From an uncultured virus (IMG/VR IMGVR_UViG_3300024935_000002) (Duplodnaviria; Heunggongvirae; Uroviricota; Caudoviricetes): DNA of 64,000 bases. Made by a program: the position numbers and the translations under genes. How positions within the stretch are numbered: position 1 is the stretch's first letter; the number at the start of each line of letters is the position of its first letter. Under the pieces are notes generated by a model. The model was given only the letters and a program-made list of their open reading frames with translations. It was not told the origin of the DNA and did no database searches. The stretch is from the IMG/VR virus record IMGVR_UViG_3300024935_000002, one strand, 5' to 3'. Of this stretch, positions 31,356 to 38,776 are shown one piece after another.

Positions 31356-31393
31356 GTATAGGGTTGGGACAACTGGGGTCGCGCCGGAATGAT
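31356..31393 (+). promoter_or_regulatory. Late promoter motif copy 7 (GTATAGGGT-N23-AATGAT), lysis operon
   Basis: Conserved motif upstream of the holin. Confidence 0.75.
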
Positions 31394-31401
31394 CCATGGT
31401 C

Positions 31402-31671
31402 ATGAAAGACCAGATCCTGCACCCCGAAAACGCCATGACGGCCAAGACCATCGTCAACTGGCTGGCCGCCTTCCTTGGAATTGGCACCTTCCTTGGCGTT
31501 GTGAACCTTGCTGTGGGCGTTTTGTCCGCTGCCTGGTTGACGGTGCAGATTTACGGCTACATCAAGCACGAGCTGCCGATGAAGCGCATGCGCCAGCAGA
31601 TCATGCGGCGCGAGCTGGAGCGCGGCGCAACACAGCCCGCCGAGCTTGGTGAGCTGGGGGCCGACAAGTGA
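31402..31671 (+). CDS. Holin/pinholin
   Basis: Two hydrophobic segments, charged C-tail, upstream of the endolysin. Confidence 0.65.
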   Translation: MKDQILHPENAMTAKTIVNWLAAFLGIGTFLGVVNLAVGVLSAAWLTVQIYGYIKHELPMKRMRQQIMRRELERGATQPAELGELGADK

Positions 31672-32306
31672 GCCGCGTTCCCGCCCAGCTGCGCAACGGC
31701 CTGGCCGCCCTGGTCATGCTGATGGGAGCCGGTGGCGGGGCCTACTACGTGGACGAGGCCGCCACCCGCGAGGCTAACACCAACGCCTACATCCAGGCAG
31801 TGGCCGCAGACCCCGAGGTGTCTGATGCCATCCGCATCGCCATGGTCATGGCGAGCTTCTACGAATCCAGCAACCGGCACATCGGCGTGCCCTACGTGGA
31901 CAAGCTGGGAAAGGGCCAGCCGCTCACCGTCTGCAATGGCCTGACGGGGCCCGAGGTGGTGGCGGGGCGCACCTACACCCCCGCCGACTGCTACCGGCTG
32001 GAGAAGCGCCGCTACATCGACTACGAGGTCGAAGCCAAGCGCCTGCTGACCTACTGGGACAGCTATGACCCGTTCCAGAAGGCTACGTTTTTGGACTTCA
32101 TCCACAACAAGGGCAGCGGTTCGCTGGAGTTCAGCACCATGCGCCGCAAGGCCAATGCCGGGGACTGGGTAGGCGCCTGCCGAGAAAACACCCGCTGGAA
32201 CCGTGGGACGGTGCAGGGCGTTTCCACCGTGCTGCCAGGCCTGCAGCTGCGCGGCGATTCCAACGACGAGATTTGCCGCACATGGCGCATCGGAGTGCAG
32301 AAATGA
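31668..32306 (+). CDS. SAR endolysin (GH24 lysozyme)
   Basis: Gly/Ala-rich N-terminal anchor; E...PYVD...TVCNGLT; GLQLR. Confidence 0.85.
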   Translation: MSRVPAQLRNGLAALVMLMGAGGGAYYVDEAATREANTNAYIQAVAADPEVSDAIRIAMVMASFYESSNRHIGVPYVDKLGKGQPLTVCNGLTGPEVVAGRTYTPADCYRLEKRRYIDYEVEAKRLLTYWDSYDPFQKATFLDFIHNKGSGSLEFSTMRRKANAGDWVGACRENTRWNRGTVQGVSTVLPGLQLRGDSNDEICRTWRIGVQK

Positions 32307-32575
32307 AACTCGATGTACTCATTTGTATTGTTTTGCTCAGTGTAATGAGCACTGGCTGCACTGTGCTCCAGGCTGGCACCACGCACAGCGCCTGTGAGCT
32401 GCTGCAGACCGCCTCGACCGAGGCCGACCTGGCACCTGCCTGGTATCTGCGCGCAGGCGAGGTGCTTGAGGCCTGCGGCCAGGACCGCGCGAAGGCCGAA
32501 GCGGCAGTCCGCGCCTGCTATGCAGAGGCCCGCAACGGCTACCGCGACAGCAAGGAATGTGAGGCCCAGCCGTGA
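32303..32575 (+). CDS. Lipoprotein in lysis cassette
   Basis: MKLDVLICIVLLSVMSTGC lipobox; ATGA overlap. Confidence 0.6.
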   Translation: MKLDVLICIVLLSVMSTGCTVLQAGTTHSACELLQTASTEADLAPAWYLRAGEVLEACGQDRAKAEAAVRACYAEARNGYRDSKECEAQP

Positions 32576-32709
32576 TGACCAAGCTCCGCGATTGGGCCCT
32601 GAAATGGGTTGGAACGTTTCTGTTCCTGGTGTGGGAAGGCGGTTTGCGGCTTCGCGGGAAGTGGCGCCGTAGTGCGTTGCGCGCTCGCTTCTTTGGGGGT
32701 GCGCAGTGA
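32575..32709 (+). CDS. 44-aa Trp/Arg-rich cationic peptide (not in ORF track)
   Basis: [49 protein letters not shown] and GTGA coupling on both sides. Confidence 0.55.
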   Translation: MTKLRDWALKWVGTFLFLVWEGGLRLRGKWRRSALRARFFGGAQ

Positions 32710-33269
32710 ACCTCACCCTCATCACCCACCTGATCGTCGCGACGGTGGCCGCTGCTGCTGCCTGGTTCTACCAGGGCGCACAGATGGATGCGGCCGTGGC
32801 CAAGCTCAATGCCGAGCACGCAGCGCAGGAGTCGGAGCGCCACCGCGTTGCGCTGGATGACGCCCGCGACACCTTCCGCAAGGGCGAGATCCACGCCCGC
32901 AACCAACAGGAGATAGCCGATGCCCACGCTGCCCAAGAAAAGCGCCGCCTTACTCGCCTTGCTGCTGCCGCTGCTGACGGTGAGCGGCTGCGCAAACAAG
33001 TCACTGAATACGCCGCCACCTGTGGTGGGGGAGAAGCCGACAGCCCAGCCGTTGCCCTCCAGCGTTGCCGGGATCGCGCCGCCACCCTCGGGGTTCTATA
33101 CGGAGAAGCTGACAGCCAGGCGGAAGCGTTCGCAGGAGCTGCTGAACAGCACGCCGATGAAGTCCGCACCCTGATGCTCGTTGTCAAGAACGACCGCACC
33201 CTGCTGTCACCGCCCGGTGGCCTTGGCCTGAAAGCCCCGCCCCGGCCGGAAGCCGGGTCAACACCCTGA
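32706..33269 (+). CDS. Rz-like i-spanin
   Basis: N-terminal TM followed by coiled coil. Confidence 0.75.
   Translation: MNLTLITHLIVATVAAAAAWFYQGAQMDAAVAKLNAEHAAQESERHRVALDDARDTFRKGEIHARNQQEIADAHAAQEKRRLTRLAAAAADGERLRKQVTEYAATCGGGEADSPAVALQRCRDRAATLGVLYGEADSQAEAFAGAAEQHADEVRTLMLVVKNDRTLLSPPGGLGLKAPPRPEAGSTP
32920..33174 (+). CDS. Rz1-like o-spanin embedded in +1 frame
   Basis: LLPLLTVSGC lipobox, Pro-rich, GGAG RBS. Confidence 0.75.
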   Translation: MPTLPKKSAALLALLLPLLTVSGCANKSLNTPPPVVGEKPTAQPLPSSVAGIAPPPSGFYTEKLTARRKRSQELLNSTPMKSAP

Positions 33270-33276
33270 GAACACC

Positions 33277-33765
33277 ATGAACTCAATGAATTTTGGAATG
33301 GCCCTCGAAGCCATCAAGGCTGGCAAGCGCATCGCCCGCACCGGCTGGAACGGCAAGGGCATGTTCGTGTACCTCGTTCCACCCGCGAGCTATCCCGTGC
33401 AGACGGGCGCCGCGAAGGCGCACTTTGGTGATGGCGCGCTGGTTCCCTACAACGCCTACATGGCGATCAAGAACGTGGACAACACGGTCAGCACCTGGGT
33501 GCCCAGCGTGAATGATTGCCTCGCATCCGACTGGGGCGTTGTGGGCGAAAGCGAGCAGGCGGCCAGCACCGTGCTGCCCCACCAGCAGCGCGTGATTGAT
33601 GAGAAGGCCGCCCGCGACGGCGAAATCACCCGCCTCAATGCCTTCATCGGCGGCAATGCCATGTTCACCACGTTGCCTGCCGACGAACAGGCCCGCCTGC
33701 GCCGCCAGCTCGATGTGATGCGCGAGCTGTCCGTGATTCTGGGCGAGCGCATCGCCGCTTTCTAA
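33277..33765 (+). CDS. DUF2829 (Tad2-like) domain fused to a crAss001_48-like helical domain
   Basis: MNFGMALEAIKAGKRIARTGWNGKGMF...WVPSVNDCLASDW followed by PHQQRVIDEK...ILGERIAAF. Confidence 0.75.
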   Translation: MNSMNFGMALEAIKAGKRIARTGWNGKGMFVYLVPPASYPVQTGAAKAHFGDGALVPYNAYMAIKNVDNTVSTWVPSVNDCLASDWGVVGESEQAASTVLPHQQRVIDEKAARDGEITRLNAFIGGNAMFTTLPADEQARLRRQLDVMRELSVILGERIAAF

Positions 33766-33791
33766 CCACCCGCCACCACCGAGAGCAAACC

Positions 33792-34523
33792 ATGACTGCA
33801 ACCCGTGAAATGCCAAAGTACCAGTGCCACAAGCAAGTGTGGGCATTGAAGATCAAGACCGTGGCCGTCCATGCGAGTGGCGACGCTGCAGTGAGTGATG
33901 CCGATTTTGTGGCATCCGATGCATTCCAGGGCGCGCACCTGGTCCCTGCCGAGGAGGGCTACGCGCCGGTCCATGTGTCGGCCGACTGGTTCCGCAAGCA
34001 CAAGCCCGAAGCAGGCGGCTACTACGTGGTCTACGAGGATGGCTATAAGTCGTACTCGCCTGCTTCGGCCTTCGAGTCCGGCTACACCTCCCGCGCCGCA
34101 GGCACCACCAAGCTCCCCGTGATGGACCCAGGCCCCGACTCCCTGGAGCGCGAGATCCAGGCCAAGGCCGACAAGGGCCCTCGCGTGACGCCTGCAGCGC
34201 TGCAGGCAGAGATCGTCAGCGAGTTCTATTTCACTGCCTTTGACGGCGTTGTGGGATCAGCTGCCAAGGTGAAAGCCAGTTCGCCATTGGTCATGGTGGA
34301 ATTGGCCATGGTGGAGTACGAAGAGAAAGCCGAACCCAGCTTGAACCTACTGACCTTCTGCGTCCTGGTGCTGCGCAACGGCTTCACCGTCATCGGCCAC
34401 AGCGCCGTCGCCAGCCCAGAGAACTTCAACAAGGAAATCGGGGAGCGCATCGCCCGCGAGAACGCCGAGCGCGAAATCTGGCCCCTGCTGGGCTTCCGCC
34501 TGCGCGACGAGCTGGCACGCTGA
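33792..34523 (+). CDS. Uncharacterised GYYVVYEDGY domain fused to a Gp49/Gp66 (Acb4-like) domain
   Basis: PRVTP...EFYFTA...LTFCVLVLRNGFTVIGHSAVASPENFNKEIG...IWPLLGF. Confidence 0.7.
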   Translation: MTATREMPKYQCHKQVWALKIKTVAVHASGDAAVSDADFVASDAFQGAHLVPAEEGYAPVHVSADWFRKHKPEAGGYYVVYEDGYKSYSPASAFESGYTSRAAGTTKLPVMDPGPDSLEREIQAKADKGPRVTPAALQAEIVSEFYFTAFDGVVGSAAKVKASSPLVMVELAMVEYEEKAEPSLNLLTFCVLVLRNGFTVIGHSAVASPENFNKEIGERIARENAEREIWPLLGFRLRDELAR

Positions 34524-34540
34524 AAACCAGAGCGCCAATG

Positions 34541-34580
34541 AAAAAGCCCCGCCGCAGTGATGCGGGCGGGGCTTTCTTTT
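34541..34580. terminator. Bidirectional terminator ending the late arm
   Basis: AAAAAGCCCCGCC...GGCGGGGCTTTCTTTT between convergent genes. Confidence 0.8.
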
Positions 34581-34605
34581 GGTAGGCAGGCGAGTTGAAT
34601 GCAGC

Positions 34606-35214
34606 CTATTTTTCAAAGAAATAGCCGCTGCGCCGATAGCAAACACTCTTCTTCGAAGGACCTAGGTTCGTGATCGAAACCGCCGTCTTAGCGCTGCCTT
34701 CCTTGGGGTATCCGACCGCACACACGCCAAATTTATAGCTGTAGATGCTCTGCGTCCAAGCGGTTGCAATGAATAACAGCCCGTAGAAGCGCTCATCAGA
34801 GGAGAAGATCGCTGCAGCATCTGTTTCTCTCGCGGGAAGCCTGAGTTTGGTCTTAAGAAGGTCAATGTCTTCCGGGCTCACCGAATCGCGAAAGTTGTCG
34901 AATTTGCGAACGGGGAATAAATTCTGGTTGTACGGATCACCGCTCACATTCGGGAAATTCGTGATCGCACCTGGATAGAAAATATCCATCACGGCGTCTC
35001 CTGTCTCTGTCTCTGACAGGAAAACTGTGGAGGAATCCACCGACTCAAGTGCGTTGACGATGGTGCACACCGTAACTGGGTTCTCTTTGGTGGCCACTCC
35101 GGACGAACTTACGTTAGACAGAATTCCTGTCCGATTTTCATAGGGATAGCAGCCTGATTGCGCCATGACACAGCCAGCAGCGGCTCCAAGCAGAGCGGTA
35201 ATGATTCGCTTCAT
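34606..35214 (-). CDS. Exported moron protein
   Basis: GGAGGAG RBS, signal peptide MKRIITALLGAAAGCVMA, low GC. Confidence 0.65.
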   Translation of the reverse strand: MKRIITALLGAAAGCVMAQSGCYPYENRTGILSNVSSSGVATKENPVTVCTIVNALESVDSSTVFLSETETGDAVMDIFYPGAITNFPNVSGDPYNQNLFPVRKFDNFRDSVSPEDIDLLKTKLRLPARETDAAAIFSSDERFYGLLFIATAWTQSIYSYKFGVCAVGYPKEGSAKTAVSITNLGPSKKSVCYRRSGYFFEK

Positions 35215-35239
35215 TAGTCTCCTCCAAGTATTTGGTGTT

Positions 35240-35563
35240 TCAGGTGGGCATCTTGTCGTAGTCAGCCAGCGGCATTTCCGAGCCGTCATGCGCCACCAGC
35301 ACGCCAGCCGTTGAGTCCGATACTTCAATAGAGCGGTCATTGAACTTGGTCTTGTCCACCTTGTAGGCGCTCCCCATGGATGAGGCGCCGTAGAGGCGGC
35401 AAAGGGCCAAGTCCTCGGCTTGCTTATGGGTCAGAACCAGCTTTTGCGGTGTCTTGCCTGGGTGCTTGGCCCAGTGCACGCGGAAGGCGTTGGACACGCG
35501 GCGATGGAGTTCACCCATGCCGGGATGGTGTGGGGGGAGGTCAACGATGTTTTGGGCTGCCAT
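35240..35563 (-). CDS. Hypothetical protein
   Basis: 107-aa ORF downstream of int. Confidence 0.55.
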   Translation of the reverse strand: MAAQNIVDLPPHHPGMGELHRRVSNAFRVHWAKHPGKTPQKLVLTHKQAEDLALCRLYGASSMGSAYKVDKTKFNDRSIEVSDSTAGVLVAHDGSEMPLADYDKMPT

Positions 35564-35602
35564 GGGTGGAGATTGTCCATGGTCCAGAGGGGATGCCTAA
35601 GC

Positions 35603-36880
35603 TCATGCAGCTCTGCGCAGGCGAACTACGTTTGCCCCGCCATCCCGGTTTGGTGGGGCGCTGTTCTCGCAGGACACAAGGTAGTCAGCCCACAGTTTCA
35701 GGGCCCTGCGACGCTCCGGTATTTCCTCCCGCACGTCATAGACCCCCTCCATGCCCTTAAGCGTGTGGTTCAGGGCAATCTCGGAGATTTCGCGCGACAC
35801 CCCCATGTTCATCAGGTGGCCCTTGGCCGTGCTGCGCGTGTCGTGGGGGGTGAATTTGCGGATGTCCATGTCGCCGCGCTCAAACGCGCGCCGCAGCGCC
35901 GCCCATAGCGTGGTGCGGCCGATAGGCACATCGCCCAGCTCCTTGGAGCGGTCGGCGCGGCGAGTGGGCAGCACGTACACGGAGTCGCCAGACAGGGCGA
36001 TCAGCTCGTGGAACCAGTCAACGACGACAGGCGCGAGGGGCACCAGAAAGCCTGCGCGGGTTTTGACGGACTCTGCTGGCACCCACCAGGTGCCCGCTTC
36101 CAGATCCAGGTGCTCCTTCTTGGCCTTGACCAGCTCCACCCCGCGCACGCAGGTGGCCAGCAGGATGCGGAAGGCCAGGGCGTTCTCGCGGCCAATGAAG
36201 TCGATACCTGGCAGCAGGGACTGCAGCTCCTTGTTCTCCAGCATGACGCGCTGGCGTGTCTTGGGGCGGGGGCCCTTGATCGCGGACAGCTTGATCCCGG
36301 TGCACGGGTTTGCCGCAATGAGCGTCAGCCCGCAGGCATGGTCGAGCACCTTGGAGATAGAGGTGAGCAGTCGCTTTGTCATCAGCCAGGTCCGGCCGCT
36401 CTCCTTGAGGACGTTCACGACATCAATGCTGCTCACCTTGTCCACCTGCCAGGAGCCCAGGCGCGGCAGGATCACCTGATCGATGTCCGCATTGCGGTAG
36501 TAGATGGTGTCCTCGGCAAACACGTCTGGCCGGAGCACCTTCTCGCGGTAGTCGGCTATCAGGTCACGCACGGTCCACGCCGCCGCAGTGCGCGATTTGC
36601 GCTCCTGCTTTTCTGCCGCAGGATCGGCGCCCCCGTCAATCGAGGCGCGCAGCGCGCGGGCCTTCTCGCGGGCGGCTGCCAGTGTCACGTCTGGGTAGCC
36701 GCCAATGGTCAGTTCGCGCCGGCGCCCGCCCTGGACGCGATACCGGAGCACCCAGGCGGCGGTGCCGCCTTTGGAGAGTGTGAACGTCAGCCCGTCACCG
36801 TCCGACTTGGCGACAGCCTCACCTTTCGAGATCCAGCGCTTGATCTGTATGTCGGTGAGCGTGTGACTGATTTTGGGCAT
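35603..36880 (-). CDS. int: Tyrosine integrase (P4-like with arm-binding domain)
   Basis: SDGDGL arm domain; TCVRGVEL, HDTRST, LNH and GVY catalytic motifs. Confidence 0.92.
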   Translation of the reverse strand: MPKISHTLTDIQIKRWISKGEAVAKSDGDGLTFTLSKGGTAAWVLRYRVQGGRRRELTIGGYPDVTLAAAREKARALRASIDGGADPAAEKQERKSRTAAAWTVRDLIADYREKVLRPDVFAEDTIYYRNADIDQVILPRLGSWQVDKVSSIDVVNVLKESGRTWLMTKRLLTSISKVLDHACGLTLIAANPCTGIKLSAIKGPRPKTRQRVMLENKELQSLLPGIDFIGRENALAFRILLATCVRGVELVKAKKEHLDLEAGTWWVPAESVKTRAGFLVPLAPVVVDWFHELIALSGDSVYVLPTRRADRSKELGDVPIGRTTLWAALRRAFERGDMDIRKFTPHDTRSTAKGHLMNMGVSREISEIALNHTLKGMEGVYDVREEIPERRRALKLWADYLVSCENSAPPNRDGGANVVRLRRAA

Positions 36881-36911
36881 CGGCAGTCCTTTTTTTGGGT
36901 AGCTAGGAGTG

Positions 36912-37157
36912 TAGCTACCCACCTGGCTACCCGAATTTCATGCGCCAATAGGAATCAGCGTGAGACACTCTGAGTCAAAAAAACCAATGAAAACAACGGC
37001 TTGCGATGCTTGGTGAGACGTTGTGATCCACTCTGAAACACTAATTGAAATTCCAGGTGGCAATTTGCATTGGTGAGAAAACCTTTTTTGAATCAACGTG
37101 TTGCGTTGGTTGTGTTGGGATTTTTGCGGCTGGCTACCCAGCTAGCTACCCGAATTT
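36912..37157. other. attP: paired arm sites, IHF sites and core
   Basis: TRGCTACCC pairs at 36912/36924 and 37131/37143, each pair followed by GAATTT; IHF consensus AATCAACGTGTTG at 37091-37103. Confidence 0.8.
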
Positions 37158-37187
37158 ATTGCCCTTGGCGAACCGTGCGCCGTGGGC

Positions 37188-37385
37188 CTACTTGGCATTG
37201 TCGCCTGCCCGGGATGCCAGGTAGTCGTGGATGCTTTTCGCCGTGATCCGGCTGGCGCGCTTGCCGACTTTCACCAGCGTCAAGTGCTTGTCGTTGACCA
37301 GCCGGTAGATGGTCGAGCGGGAGACATCGAGCTTTTCGGCGGCACGGTTGATCTGATAGGCGAGTTGGTGTTGTGCGGTGTTCAT
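37188..37385 (-). CDS. xis: Excisionase (HTH)
   Basis: AAEKLDVSRSTIYRLV...VKVGKRASRI, adjacent to attP. Confidence 0.8.
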   Translation of the reverse strand: MNTAQHQLAYQINRAAEKLDVSRSTIYRLVNDKHLTLVKVGKRASRITAKSIHDYLASRAGDNAK

Positions 37386-37603
37386 GCTGTGCTGGCTCCT
37401 TGCATTTCACGGGGTTGGCACGAACTGGCGGGCAGGGCGAAATACGCGGCGCCCGCTGCTGTCGGCTTGTGGTCGATTCCTTGGAGCAAGCCCTTGCGGT
37501 GCAGGGCCTGCAGGGTGCGGTGGTCTTTGGAGGGCTGTTGCCCCACCGTGGCCCGCCATAGCGCGTTGCGCTGGGCAGGCGAGAGGGAGGGGCGCGTGGT
37601 CAT
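37382..37603 (-). CDS. Hypothetical protein
   Basis: Coupled by ATGA overlaps. Confidence 0.55.
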   Translation of the reverse strand: MTTRPSLSPAQRNALWRATVGQQPSKDHRTLQALHRKGLLQGIDHKPTAAGAAYFALPASSCQPREMQGASTA

Positions 37604-38055
37604 GGCGACAGACCCATTTCCCGCAGGTGGCGGTCGGCGGATGCATTGATGGCTGTGGCCACCGCCGCGCGTGCCTCGCGCTCCAGCTTGGGCAGGAAGT
37701 CGGCACGCTGGGCTGCTAGAAGGCGCAGGCCGGCTTGAACATCAGGGTGCATGTCCAGGTAGTCCACGCCAGGGTTCAAGAACAGATTCTTGTCGTAGCA
37801 GATGACGCCGCACATGCCGAAGATCACCCGGCCGGCGAATCCCGGAGCAGTGCGCAGCAAGTCGGATAGGCTGTTGTATAGCGCCCGCAGGTGGTTCACG
37901 TCCTCGCAGTCGAAGTCCCCATCCAGATCGTTGATGCGATCCGGGCAGTCGCAGTTGGGCCACGGCCCGCCGAAGCGTCCGTCTATTGCGTCAAGCACGC
38001 CCAGCAGCGACATGCCAGCGTCAAGGTCGCGCGTGGAGGGTTTTGCCATCTTCAT
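37600..38055 (-). CDS. Hypothetical protein
   Basis: Coupled by ATGA overlaps. Confidence 0.6.
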   Translation of the reverse strand: MKMAKPSTRDLDAGMSLLGVLDAIDGRFGGPWPNCDCPDRINDLDGDFDCEDVNHLRALYNSLSDLLRTAPGFAGRVIFGMCGVICYDKNLFLNPGVDYLDMHPDVQAGLRLLAAQRADFLPKLEREARAAVATAINASADRHLREMGLSP

Positions 38056-38573
38056 GCTGCACCGCCTTCCTGCGCAAAGGGCTTCATAAAGACTAGCCAG
38101 TGGGTCATTCCCCGGCGCCCGCTGACCTGCCCAAAAAGAGGCCTCGCGGGCGTGGTGGCCAGCACCTCGGCCAGCTTCACCTGCGTTTCGTTCCACTTGA
38201 AGACCAGCACTCCACCGGGTTCCAGCACGCGGAAACACTCAGCAAAGCCTTGGCGCATGTCGTCGCGCCAGTCCTGCCCCAGCTTCCCGTACTTCGCGGC
38301 CAGCCAGCTGCGGGGGCCTGCGCGCACCACATGCGGCGGGTCGAACGCCACCAACTTGAAACTGCAGTCTGGGTAGGGCAGAGCCCGGAAGTCCAGCAGC
38401 ACATCGGGCTCAATGCGCAAGGTGCGCGTGCCGTCATCGCGGTGCGAGCGGTCGGTGACGGTGATCGTCTCGCGGCGCTGATCGCCAAAGACTGCCCGGG
38501 GATCAGCTTTGTCGAACCACATCATTCGACTGCCGCAGCATGGGTCCAGGACGTGGACAGATTCTTGATTCAT
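38052..38573 (-). CDS. Small SAM-dependent (amino-)methyltransferase
   Basis: VLDPCCGSRMMW and VAFDPPH motifs. Confidence 0.8.
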   Translation of the reverse strand: MNQESVHVLDPCCGSRMMWFDKADPRAVFGDQRRETITVTDRSHRDDGTRTLRIEPDVLLDFRALPYPDCSFKLVAFDPPHVVRAGPRSWLAAKYGKLGQDWRDDMRQGFAECFRVLEPGGVLVFKWNETQVKLAEVLATTPARPLFGQVSGRRGMTHWLVFMKPFAQEGGAA

Positions 38574-38776
38574 GGTTTCTTCCCTGTTGGCCGCTTCCGC
38601 AGCCAGGTGAAATGCGGGGGCATCCCCGCTGCTTGATAGGTGGCCCACAGCGGCGCCCCGGTGGGGCAGCGCTGCAGGTGGTTGGGGTTGGCGCCGGCCG
38701 CGCGACAGGTGGGGCAGATGGCGTGGTGTGCCTGGTAGGCCTTGTCTGCGGCGTTCCAGTCGGGGGCTGTCGTCAT
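38570..38776 (-). CDS. Small Cys/His protein
   Basis: HHAICPTC...RCP, coupled. Confidence 0.55.
   Translation of the reverse strand: MTTAPDWNAADKAYQAHHAICPTCRAAGANPNHLQRCPTGAPLWATYQAAGMPPHFTWLRKRPTGKKP

Noticed and set aside
35139..35145. CATAGGG partial match to the late motif (another at about 54616)
   Set aside because: Lacks the leading G and lies inside a minus-strand gene; the 35139 copy also has no NANNNT at the fixed spacing
37059..37075. attP core GCAATTTGCATTGGTG resembles the replication iteron
   Set aside because: Single copy, better explained by xth-like codons; probably chance
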